A stretch of DNA of 64,000 bases, taken from contig OZ246408.1 in NCBI GenBank assembly GCA_965231015.1, forward strand, positions 793,908-857,907. Direction: 5' to 3'. Shown in pieces: positions 7,535 to 15,980 of the stretch (positions are counted from its first letter, which is position 1; each line of letters opens with the position of its first letter). The stretch is from an uncultured Gammaproteobacteria bacterium (GTDB taxonomy: Bacteria; Patescibacteriota; Patescibacteriia; UBA9934; CAZDDW01). Under the pieces are notes generated by a model. It saw nothing but the letters and a program-made list of their open reading frames with translations, had not been told where the DNA came from and searched no databases. The position numbers and the translations under genes were made by a program.

Positions 7535-8968
7535 CTATAAAGATTCCACCAAGACCGGTGTGGAACTGATTGGAACCGTAATTGGTCCATTTTCATTTTC
7601 TAAAATTTCAACCTCAAACATTATTTCCTCATCCTCAAAACTGGGAACTGTTTTTATGACTCGAACCTCTGCAAGAGACAGGTCAAGCTCATAGTTGTCC
7701 TCAAACGGACTCCAAAGCACGTAACGATCACCGTCCAAAGTCTTGAACCGATAAACCCACACCCCGGTCTTGGCTTCGTAATCCCCCTCCGAAATCACTT
7801 CAACCTCCTCAAACGGAATTAACTTGCTCGTAAGAAGTTGGTATGAATAGTATGACAGCTTTTCAATTCCGGCATAAGAAAGTAAGCCATAATCACGCCA
7901 CATATTGTCCGGGCTTGGCGGAGAGCTCACGTGGGTGTGCCAGGCTACGAGCTCTGCCCCGGCTCCATAAAGAATAACCAACCTGCGCCAGACATCAGCC
8001 GCCTGCTCCTCCGGTGAATTTGGATAACTGGTTCGGACACTTAACGTTGGATCCGAGGTGACCCCGGTTTCCGTAACCCAGATTCGGGGATCAGATTCAT
8101 ATTCTGACACAACCTCGTAAACCTGATTATATTTATGGGGCAAAGTCCACCATGGACCATAATCATGAAAAGAAAAAACATCAAAAGTACCAGGTTCAGT
8201 TTTTTCAAGTGTTATGGCAAGTTCTGACAGGTTGTAATCACTAACCCCACCAAGTCCGGGATAAATTACCTGTCCGTCCGGGTCCTTCTCATGTACAAAA
8301 TCAGCCACAAATTGTAAAAACAAAACTCGATCTTCAGCAGTATAATCACCATCATCCGGCCCAATAATTCCGGAGGTTAATGGATCTTCAGCGTAACGCC
8401 GCCAATGAGCAAGTTCATTACCCGGCTCCCAATATTCAACGTAATCTTTAAACCGAACAACCGTGTTGTTAAGGTAATCAAGATGATCCTCATTACCCGG
8501 CTCCATCCAAACTTCTGACCAAGGAGGGGTAGCCGAGGCATACTGCAGGTTGTGCAAATCTCCCACATTTACCAGGTTTGACTCTGACTCAAAATATTCA
8601 ATGGTTGGATCAAAAAACCACTTATTGTCATTTGGTTCAATCTGGTCCCAATACATTCCGGAACCAACTATTTGTCGTGACAGTTGGGCCCCAAGCCTTT
8701 TAAGATCTGCCAAAACCCAAGCCACTTCTTCAATCTCGTCCGGTATTGCCGGATCCCCGTGTGTTTTAATGAAATTCAGACCGATCTGTGGCGAATGAGC
8801 AGTGGTGTCGCGCAGAGTGATCAACCTGTCAGATGAATACTTTCCAGAGGTCATGACTACTTCATGATTTGAATCACTAAAACCAAAACAACCGGCACCA
8901 AGTAGGCTCAGGCCGGACAAAAGAAAAAACAGACCAATTATTTTTGTGCGAAATGGTTGTAAACCCAT
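7535..8968 (-). CDS. Clan GH-A (TIM-barrel) glycoside hydrolase lipoprotein
   Basis: Lipobox LLGAGC; catalytic acid/base motif YWEPGNE and nucleophile motif IWVTETG. Confidence 0.7.
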   Translation of the reverse strand: MGLQPFRTKIIGLFFLLSGLSLLGAGCFGFSDSNHEVVMTSGKYSSDRLITLRDTTAHSPQIGLNFIKTHGDPAIPDEIEEVAWVLADLKRLGAQLSRQIVGSGMYWDQIEPNDNKWFFDPTIEYFESESNLVNVGDLHNLQYASATPPWSEVWMEPGNEDHLDYLNNTVVRFKDYVEYWEPGNELAHWRRYAEDPLTSGIIGPDDGDYTAEDRVLFLQFVADFVHEKDPDGQVIYPGLGGVSDYNLSELAITLEKTEPGTFDVFSFHDYGPWWTLPHKYNQVYEVVSEYESDPRIWVTETGVTSDPTLSVRTSYPNSPEEQAADVWRRLVILYGAGAELVAWHTHVSSPPSPDNMWRDYGLLSYAGIEKLSYYSYQLLTSKLIPFEEVEVISEGDYEAKTGVWVYRFKTLDGDRYVLWSPFEDNYELDLSLAEVRVIKTVPSFEDEEIMFEVEILENENGPITVPISSTPVLVESL

Positions 8969-9201
8969 ACAAATATAGCCGCAAAAATCCAAGCATAGAC
9001 AAACGCCTCAACCAAAACAATCGCCACTCCGGCAAAATTAAGACTTTGATAACCAGGGGCAAGAATCTGGATGAACTGGTTGTGATAAGCTCCAAGTTCA
9101 CTTGAACCAAGCACGGCCTGATGAACTAAAATACCGATATTTAAGAGCCCGTAAACAACCACCGAAGCCCAACCGAAGCCTTTTAAAGATAGTTTTTGCA
9201 T
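8938..9201 (-). CDS. Small two-helix membrane protein (87 aa)
   Basis: ATG at 9201; hydrophobic segments; overlaps the start of the GH gene by about 31 nt. Confidence 0.35.
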   Translation of the reverse strand: MQKLSLKGFGWASVVVYGLLNIGILVHQAVLGSSELGAYHNQFIQILAPGYQSLNFAGVAIVLVEAFVYAWIFAAIFVWVYNHFAQK

Positions 9202-9269
9202 ACGAATACATAATAAACTCGGTTGACTGTCTTGGCAAGCCTGAAACAAAATGAGATAATAGGAGCCGT

Positions 9270-9956
9270 ATGAGAATAAATCCCTTGGCAATTTTTTATG
9301 CGGTGGTCGTGATTGCGTGTGCGGTTTTATTGGTTGTAAACCCGGACATGATTATGTATCAAGAATTTTTTCTTGGAGGGGTCATTCTGACAGCTCTCTT
9401 AATTTTCGGGTTTACAATTCAACAAATTGGATGGAGCAAGGCGCTATATATTTTTGTACTGGCCGCTGGGGTTGGTTACGTCATGGAGTATTTGGGGGTC
9501 AATGACGGTCAGGTGTTTAGCAATTATTATTATACAGATTTTCTGGGTTCGAAAATCGGGGGTGTTCCGTACTTGATTCCAATCTCCTGGTTTACGGCCT
9601 TAATGACCGCTTTTTTGGGTGCTCGACTGATCCTTGGATTTGGGAAACGTAAAAGTAAATTAATACTGTTTTCTTCTGCTTCTCTCCTAGCTGTGATTTA
9701 TGATTTACCGATTGAGTATATGGCCAAGCATGTCTGGCAGTCTTGGGTTTGGCTGGACGGAGGGATTTTCCTTGGGGTACCGCTCCTAAACTTTATCGGC
9801 TGGTTTGTGGTGGCCTTTATAGTTTTCGGGCTCGGTGCTGGAGCATGGCGCAGCCTTAGCAAAACCGCCCGCGGTTACCGCGAGCTACAAATTGTTTGCT
9901 TTAGCGCCTTCGGTTTGACTTTATTCCACGTCGTGCTCGACTTGCTGGCTAAATAA
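9270..9956 (+). CDS. Polytopic integral membrane protein (possibly DUF422 / carotenoid-biosynthesis-associated family)
   Basis: SD AGGAG 5 nt upstream; about 6 TM helices; family assignment from memory only. Confidence 0.6.
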   Translation: MRINPLAIFYAVVVIACAVLLVVNPDMIMYQEFFLGGVILTALLIFGFTIQQIGWSKALYIFVLAAGVGYVMEYLGVNDGQVFSNYYYTDFLGSKIGGVPYLIPISWFTALMTAFLGARLILGFGKRKSKLILFSSASLLAVIYDLPIEYMAKHVWQSWVWLDGGIFLGVPLLNFIGWFVVAFIVFGLGAGAWRSLSKTARGYRELQIVCFSAFGLTLFHVVLDLLAK

Positions 9957-9965
9957 TTTACTACG

Positions 9966-10030
9966 ACTTTTTCGTACCTACGAACAAACAATATACCCCG
10001 ATTCGTTCGAATAGAGGGTATATTGTTTGT
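9966..10030. repeat. Palindromic element copy: ACTTTTTCGTACCTACGAACAAACA followed by a 15-bp inverted repeat (ACAAACAATATACCC/GGGTATATTGTTTGT) enclosing an inner ATTCG-tt-CGAAT hairpin
   Basis: Direct reading; 25/25 identical to the core at 33834..33858. Confidence 0.75.
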
Positions 10031-10106
10031 GAATCATTTTCACTTTTCCATCTACGCTAAAGCTTCGGTGGACAGGCGTGCGAAAGACCCCATATAAAAC
10101 AAGAAA

Positions 10107-10137
10107 CCCGCCCGAGTAAAGACCCGGACGGGTTAGT
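10107..10137 (-). terminator. Imperfect hairpin (AACCCGcCCG...CCGGaCGGGTT) followed on the minus strand by a T-rich run; terminator for the doc operon
   Basis: Stem-loop plus T tract in minus orientation. Confidence 0.35.
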
Positions 10138-10145
10138 ATTTTACT

Positions 10146-10174
10146 CTAAATCTCCCGAATCTCCAGCATGTTTA
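10146..10174. repeat. 29-bp direct repeat (left copy) duplicating the last codons and stop of pyk (encodes MLEIREI*)
   Basis: 27/29 identity with 10904..10932; both mismatches are synonymous in the pyk frame. Confidence 0.75.
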
Positions 10175-10175
10175 A

Positions 10176-10592
10176 TTATAGCTCCACTAAATACTTACGC
10201 AAAAATTTCTCTATTCCGAGCACCACCTCATCTTTTAAAGTTGACGGGCTTGAGGCGACCCAAACAGCAAAATTGTAAAACTCAACCTCATCGACCTTGA
10301 TCCATTTTCCGTTTTTATACAAAAAGACCAAAAGTGTGGTCATGGCAAGACGTTTATTACCATTTTGAAACGGGTGATTCTTAACCATTAAATAAAATAA
10401 AATCGATGCCTTGCCAAGCAGACCCCGATAAACAACCCTTTTCTGAAAACGCTGAAATGGTACGGCCAAACATCCTTCGAGCACTCCGGCAAAACGAGTT
10501 CCAAAATCTGGAATGGGTTCATTGAAATTTAAAGCTTCCTTAGCAAAAGTATGTGCCACCTGTTCAACTTCAGCCAGGCTAATGGGTTTCAT
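10176..10592 (-). CDS. doc: Doc-family (Fic-fold) toxin
   Basis: Doc signature HPFQNGNKR (HxFx(D/N)GNKR); 138 aa; 1-nt gap to the upstream HTH gene. Confidence 0.85.
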   Translation of the reverse strand: MKPISLAEVEQVAHTFAKEALNFNEPIPDFGTRFAGVLEGCLAVPFQRFQKRVVYRGLLGKASILFYLMVKNHPFQNGNKRLAMTTLLVFLYKNGKWIKVDEVEFYNFAVWVASSPSTLKDEVVLGIEKFLRKYLVEL

Positions 10593-10593
10593 A

Positions 10594-10845
10594 TTACTCT
10601 GCCCCTAACATTTCAAGCGTCTGACCATATTCACGAACTGTCTTTCGCACGGCCTGTTCAATCATTTTCTTTTCTTTGGCACTTATCTCTTTTCCAACCA
10701 AAATTTTAACTTCACTCTCTGGAATCATAAAAGATCGACCAAGCCGCTTAGCCTTGATCTGTCCGCTGGTAATTTTTTTATTTACTGCAATCCGACTAAT
10801 CCCAAGTAAATCTGCCACTTCTTGAACCGAGTAATATTCCTTCAT
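10594..10845 (-). CDS. HTH (excisionase/MerR-like HTH_17-type) DNA-binding protein, putative antitoxin partner of Doc
   Basis: YYSVQEVADLLGISRIAVNKKITSGQIKAKRLG helix-turn-helix; ATG at 10845 preferred over the TTG at 10878. Confidence 0.7.
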   Translation of the reverse strand: MKEYYSVQEVADLLGISRIAVNKKITSGQIKAKRLGRSFMIPESEVKILVGKEISAKEKKMIEQAVRKTVREYGQTLEMLGAE

Positions 10846-10870
10846 ACTATTGTTAACTTTATTGTTCAAG

Positions 10871-10904
10871 GTTAACAATTGTTAACCTCTTTGTCAATAT
10901 TGAC
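10871..10904. promoter_or_regulatory. Two perfect palindromes in the doc-operon promoter region: GTTAACAATTGTTAAC (10871..10886) and GTCAATATTGAC (10893..10904); putative autoregulatory operators
   Basis: Exact dyad symmetry immediately upstream of the antitoxin start. Confidence 0.5.
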
Positions 10905-10932
10905 TAAATCTCCCGAATTTCGAGCATGTTTA
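10904..10932. repeat. 29-bp direct repeat (right copy) = authentic pyk 3' end
   Basis: See 10146..10174. Confidence 0.75.
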
Positions 10933-12292
10933 CTTTGCGGCCGGCGGGATGGCTCGCAATTACTACGACTTTGTCGCCTGCTCGAACAAGTTTAGCTAGT
11001 TTTAAAAGTCGAGTTGCCCGTTTGATCAAATCATCTGTCTCATAATCCATTTTAAGCGAATACGGCTGCACAGCCCAAGACAGGTTCAGCTGGTGGCGAA
11101 TAAATTCAGTTGAAGCAATAGCCACGATGGGGATTTCAGGGCGGAAGCGGCTGACCATGCGGGCAGTTGCTCCAGAGTTAGTGAGTGCCAGGATCATTTT
11201 TGTTTTCAAAGTTTGAACCATGAGTGAAGCAGCACCGCTCACCGAGTCCTTAACCATCTCGGCCAGCTGTGAGCTTTCTTCGAGCGTAACGTCATCATAG
11301 TGTGACGCTTCAGCTTCCTCGATTATTCGAGTCATGGTTTTTACAGCTTCCACCGGATACTTTCCCGTGGCAGTTTCACCAGAAAGCATAACCGCGTCCG
11401 TATGATCGATCACCGCGTTGGCTACGTCAGAAACTTCGGCGCGTGTTGGTCGTGGATTCCTGATCATTGAATCGAGCATTTGCGTGGCCACAATTACCGG
11501 CTTAGCTGCCGCACGGCACTTGTCAATGAACTCTTTTTGCAAAATCGGCACACCTTCAGCTGCGGTTTCGATTCCTAAGTCTCCTCGGGCTACCATGATC
11601 GCGTCTACTGACTTTAGAATCTCATCGAATCGATCCACGGCTTCGTGTTTTTCGATCTTGGCAATCACCTTGGGCAAGGGTTGATCATCCTTGGCGGCCG
11701 AGCGCAGAATACGCCGCATCTTTTTTACGTCCGCCGGATCTGTGACAAACGACAAGGCTACATAATGCAACTTTTGCTCAACACAAAACTTAGCATCTGA
11801 TTTATCCTTTTCTGTAATGGCCGAGATACTCAAATTGGTTTCCGGAAAGTTGATGCCTTTATGAGAGGTCAAAGTTCCCCCGACCACAACTTTAAATTTC
11901 AAAAATCCCTTTCGCCCACTCACAATCTCCCCTTCCATCAACCCATCGTCAAGCAAAATAGTATGACCCTTTTTCACATCCTTGTATAAATTTTCAAACG
12001 TCACCGGCACCTCAATGGTTTTTCCACGTTGTAGCTTGACTCCCTTTTCAGGCAACTCACCCACCCGAATCTTCGGACCCTGCAAGTCGCCAATAATTGC
12101 CACCGGATGCTTGAGCTCGCGAGCTACGGAGCGAATATTACGGATTAATTTTTTGTGATCAGCGTGTATACCATGCGAAAGATTAAGCCTGGCCACGTTC
12201 ATGCCGGCTCGGACCATTTGCTTGAGTTTAGATGCAGAATGACTGGCCGGACCAATCGTGCACACTATCTTTGTTCTTTTTTTACTGGGCAT
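10904..12292 (-). CDS. pyk: Pyruvate kinase
   Basis: Canonical PK motifs (IVCTIGPAS, MVARGDLGIE); ATG at 12292 (MPSKKRTKIV). Confidence 0.9.
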   Translation of the reverse strand: MPSKKRTKIVCTIGPASHSASKLKQMVRAGMNVARLNLSHGIHADHKKLIRNIRSVARELKHPVAIIGDLQGPKIRVGELPEKGVKLQRGKTIEVPVTFENLYKDVKKGHTILLDDGLMEGEIVSGRKGFLKFKVVVGGTLTSHKGINFPETNLSISAITEKDKSDAKFCVEQKLHYVALSFVTDPADVKKMRRILRSAAKDDQPLPKVIAKIEKHEAVDRFDEILKSVDAIMVARGDLGIETAAEGVPILQKEFIDKCRAAAKPVIVATQMLDSMIRNPRPTRAEVSDVANAVIDHTDAVMLSGETATGKYPVEAVKTMTRIIEEAEASHYDDVTLEESSQLAEMVKDSVSGAASLMVQTLKTKMILALTNSGATARMVSRFRPEIPIVAIASTEFIRHQLNLSWAVQPYSLKMDYETDDLIKRATRLLKLAKLVRAGDKVVVIASHPAGRKVNMLEIREI

Positions 12293-12293
12293 A

Positions 12294-13529
12294 TTAAAGA
12301 TCATCAGGGGTTACTTCTTCTAAGATGGCGGACATTAATATTTCCTCTCCGGCACGCATAACAAGAAGGCTCACAGTATCTCCCGGATCGAACTCATTAA
12401 TGATTTGAGCCAAAGTCTTGTCCGTGTTGACCGCCTGTCCGTTAATAGAAATTATAATATCTCCCTCAACTAACCCGGCGGCTTCAGCCGGTGAACCCGG
12501 CAGGATAGCCGGCTCATTTTCCCCAGTACCAGCCACCACGAGTGCTCCCTCGCTCACGGATAATCCGTTTTCTTCAGCCACAAACTCATCAATCATCAAA
12601 TAACGCACCCCAAGCCATGGCCGTACAATTCGACCGTGCTCCAACACATCACTCACCACTTCCTTGACCGAGTTGACCGGAATAGCAAAGCCGATTCCCT
12701 CACCCGAACCACTAATGGCGGTATTTATCCCGATTACTTCTCCAAGGAGATTAATGAGTGGCCCACCAGAGTTTCCTGGATTAATGGCCGCATCGGTTTG
12801 AATCGCTTGCTCAATTACTTGACTCGAACTAAAGTCACTAGCCAGCACCCGACGACCCAGCCCGGAAACCACCCCCTTGGTAACAGTATTCTGATATTCG
12901 GACAGAGTATTACCAATAGCAATCACGGTCTGACCAACGCGTAAATTGTCCGAGTCACCAAGAATAGCTACTGGAAAACTTTGGCCGTCTGTTTCCTCTT
13001 GATTAATCTGAAGCACGGCCAGATCCAAGAACAAATCTTCAGCCAGCACTGTAACTGCGTATTCCTCTCCGTCATTGGTTAAAATACTGTAAACCGCATC
13101 CGGGTCACTAACCACATGCTTATTGGTTATAAGAAGCCCTTCACTTGAGACAAACACAGCCGTACCACCTCCGACTTCAATAAGCTCACTCTCCAGAGAC
13201 TCTGTGTCCTCAGCTTCAAAATCATAAAAATAATAATCCGAGGCCTCAATAGTAAAAACCTGTTTGCGAACCACCACACTAACCACTGATGGTATGACTT
13301 GATTAACCACGGCAATAGTGGCTGTTTCTTCCTCTATGAGATCCACAATTTTGCGCTCTAAGGCCTCTTCTTCGCTCATGGGTAGAATATCCACTCCAAA
13401 TTGATCTGAAAGCTCCTGAACCAAATTTGAACGTTGAAACATTGAATAACCGGCCAAAGACCCAAAGAAAGCACCAATAACCGCTGAGATAGCAAGGACA
13501 AAAATTAGTAGTCCGGCTCGTTGAGTCAT
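12294..13529 (-). CDS. htrA: HtrA/DegP-family trypsin-like serine protease with a PDZ domain, N-terminal membrane anchor
   Basis: Catalytic GNSGGPL, His (TNKHVV), C-terminal PDZ. Confidence 0.9.
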   Translation of the reverse strand: MTQRAGLLIFVLAISAVIGAFFGSLAGYSMFQRSNLVQELSDQFGVDILPMSEEEALERKIVDLIEEETATIAVVNQVIPSVVSVVVRKQVFTIEASDYYFYDFEAEDTESLESELIEVGGGTAVFVSSEGLLITNKHVVSDPDAVYSILTNDGEEYAVTVLAEDLFLDLAVLQINQEETDGQSFPVAILGDSDNLRVGQTVIAIGNTLSEYQNTVTKGVVSGLGRRVLASDFSSSQVIEQAIQTDAAINPGNSGGPLINLLGEVIGINTAISGSGEGIGFAIPVNSVKEVVSDVLEHGRIVRPWLGVRYLMIDEFVAEENGLSVSEGALVVAGTGENEPAILPGSPAEAAGLVEGDIIISINGQAVNTDKTLAQIINEFDPGDTVSLLVMRAGEEILMSAILEEVTPDDL

Positions 13530-13849
13530 AATTCAATTTTTATTTTGTAAAAATTTATATTTTTTTTGTGTTCAACCTTCACCCCATCAGCGCGGAGAAG
13601 GGCAACTTTTTTGTTCAACCCTTTTTGGTATCCTCCGATTGTTCCGTCCGAGCACACAACTCTATGACACGGGGTTCCAGGCACGTCCGGATTCGCCTTA
13701 AGAGCATTACCGACCGCCCGAGCCGCCCCTGGTGAACCAACTGCTTTTGCAAGATCTTGATGGCTAATCACTCGTCCGCGTGGTACACGTCTCAGGCATT
13801 CATAAACCCAATCAGCAAAACTTTTTCTTTTTACTTTTTTTCGCTCCAT
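13526..13849 (-). CDS. ogt: Methylated-DNA-protein-cysteine methyltransferase (MGMT/Ogt C-terminal domain only, 107 aa)
   Basis: Active-site PCHRVV and HTH (AARAVGNALKANP); ATGA overlap with the htrA start. Confidence 0.75.
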   Translation of the reverse strand: MERKKVKRKSFADWVYECLRRVPRGRVISHQDLAKAVGSPGAARAVGNALKANPDVPGTPCHRVVCSDGTIGGYQKGLNKKVALLRADGVKVEHKKNINFYKIKIEL

Positions 13850-14300
13850 TCTTTCTAAGCAATGACTTTAGTTCCTTTTCAAAAGTTTTTACGTCTTCAA
13901 ACGAGCGGTAGACCGAAGCAAAACGAATGTAAGCCACTTTATCAAAGGTCTTGAGACGCTTCATTACAAAGTCTCCGATTTCTTCCGTGGTTAGCTCACC
14001 GGTTTTTTTCTTTTGAATGTCTCGCTCAATACGGTGTAGCAATTTCTTTAAAGCCTGTTCGGTTACAGGTCGTTTTTCAAGTGCTTTATTGAGCCCCTTA
14101 GTCAACTTTTCGCGCGAATATGCTTCACGCCGTCCGTCCCGCTTGACCACCATAAAACCTAATAATTCGACTTCTTCTAAAGTCGAGAAACGGTACGAAC
14201 ATTTTTCACACTCACGTCGTCGACGAATTCCCATCCCATCTTGGGACACCCTTGAATCAACCACTTTAGTGTCTTTGTACCTACAAACCGGACAATTCAT
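13812..14300 (-). CDS. nrdR: Transcriptional repressor NrdR (zinc ribbon + ATP-cone)
   Basis: MNCPVCRY...CEKC zinc ribbon, ATP-cone; ATG at 14300; 38-nt overlap with ogt. Confidence 0.85.
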   Translation of the reverse strand: MNCPVCRYKDTKVVDSRVSQDGMGIRRRRECEKCSYRFSTLEEVELLGFMVVKRDGRREAYSREKLTKGLNKALEKRPVTEQALKKLLHRIERDIQKKKTGELTTEEIGDFVMKRLKTFDKVAYIRFASVYRSFEDVKTFEKELKSLLRKNGAKKSKKKKFC

Positions 14301-14564
14301 AACGAGGATATTATACCGCATTACTCACCCCCTCTCAAGCGAGGAAATATAATATGACACATTCGAGACCGAGTGTTCTCCACTCCCCTTCAGCGAGGTT
14401 ATTTTTCCTGGAGGAATTTGTGAGCCGACCACAAGACAAACCAAAGACCAAGGATCAATGACCCTTGGTCGACGAAACACCATAACGAGGCTCGGATACC
14501 ATACTTACACTTTCAGCAGATCCAAGGCCGAGTGGTCCTCACAGGGAAATGATCGAGCGCCCCT

Positions 14565-15755
14565 CTACATCATCTTCTTCCGAATAAAGGCCGGGATTTC
14601 CAACTCATCGTCTTCTTCGTCAACTTTTGGTTTGCTTGAAGAGGTTGAAACAGGAACCTGCTCGCGCTCTGACACCTTTGGAGCCTTGGCCTTGATTCGG
14701 CGTGGCTCTTCCCGCTCTTCTTCCTGCACCGGGGCTTGTGGTGCCCATGATCCTTGGGACGGAATTTCCATAGCACCTTGAGCGGTGACAGAACGCCGTT
14801 CTCGCGAATCAAACCCGGTAGCCACTACAGTAATTCTAATGTTATCCTTCATGTCTTCATCAATGTTGGCTCCAAAAATAACCTTGGCGTCCTCATCAGC
14901 TGAACCTGTAATAACCTTGGCCGCTTCAGCCACCTCGTGCATGCCAAGATCTGACCCTCCGGTAACTGTAAAAAGAATACCCTTGGCACCATCAATAGAA
15001 AGTTCCAGCAGCGGACTGGCAATAGCCTGTTTAGCCGCTTCAATAGCCCGATTTTCCCCAGAAGCATTACCGATCCCCATCAAAGCTGAACCAGCGCTTT
15101 CCATAATGGCTTTAACATCAGCAAAGTCAACGTTGATGATTCCAGGAACCGTAATCAATTCAGAAATTCCCTGCACACCTTGTCGCAAAACATCATCCAC
15201 CACAGCGAACGCCTCCATCAGCGAGGTCTTTTTATCTACAATCTGCAAGACTCGATCATTGGGAATACTGATCACAGTATCTACATGTTGGATCAGATTA
15301 TCATATGCTTCATCAGCAATACGTTTTCGCTGTGCACCTTCAAAAGTGAACGGTTTAGTGACAACCGCTATGGTAAGTGCGCCAATATCACGAGCTAACT
15401 TAGCAATTTCTGTTACTGCCCCACTACCGGTTCCACCGCCAAGACCACAAGTCAAGAAAACCATGTCTGAATTACTCAACACTTCACGAACCTCATTTTG
15501 ACTCTCCTCAATAGCCCGACGTCCAATTTCCGGATTCATTCCTGCACCCAGGCCGCGGGTTACAGTTTTCCCAATGCTTACTTTTTTAGAGGCCGGATTT
15601 TGGTGCAAAGCCTGAACATCTGTGTTCACGGCCACGAACTCCACTCCGCGGATCTTTTCTTCGATCATGCGAGTAATAGCCGCACCACCACCCCCACCAA
15701 TGCCAACTACTTTGATCTTGGCAAAGGTCTCAATGTCTGGTTTTACTTCTGCCAT
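14565..15755 (-). CDS. ftsZ: Cell division GTPase FtsZ
   Basis: GGGTGSG tubulin signature; strong SD GGAGG upstream. Confidence 0.95.
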   Translation of the reverse strand: MAEVKPDIETFAKIKVVGIGGGGGAAITRMIEEKIRGVEFVAVNTDVQALHQNPASKKVSIGKTVTRGLGAGMNPEIGRRAIEESQNEVREVLSNSDMVFLTCGLGGGTGSGAVTEIAKLARDIGALTIAVVTKPFTFEGAQRKRIADEAYDNLIQHVDTVISIPNDRVLQIVDKKTSLMEAFAVVDDVLRQGVQGISELITVPGIINVDFADVKAIMESAGSALMGIGNASGENRAIEAAKQAIASPLLELSIDGAKGILFTVTGGSDLGMHEVAEAAKVITGSADEDAKVIFGANIDEDMKDNIRITVVATGFDSRERRSVTAQGAMEIPSQGSWAPQAPVQEEEREEPRRIKAKAPKVSEREQVPVSTSSSKPKVDEEDDELEIPAFIRKKMM

Positions 15756-15920
15756 ATTTTTATTCGTCCTCCTCGAACAATTATTGTGTTAGGAAGTATT
15801 CAACATGAACAAATATTTTATCCATGAATGAATTAAAATTTAACTGATTTCATGAACCACTTTAAGACATGTTTTTCCGGGTGTCAAGACAAAAAAAGTG
15901 TTCAAGAAATACACAGGGGA

Positions 15921-15953
15921 TGAAAAAAGGATGGGAGAACCCATTCCTTTTTC
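15921..15953. terminator. Hairpin AAGGATGGG-agaa-CCCATTCCTT with T tracts on both strands between ftsA and ftsZ (terminator/attenuator)
   Basis: 9-bp stem, T6 following on + and T-run on -. Confidence 0.35.
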
Positions 15954-15980
15954 TGATTTCTAAATTTAAAAGTGCAGTTT

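Noticed and set aside
14785-15501. 238-aa plus-strand ORF
   Set aside because: Antisense to the highly conserved ftsZ gene; Ser/Ala/Ile low-complexity product
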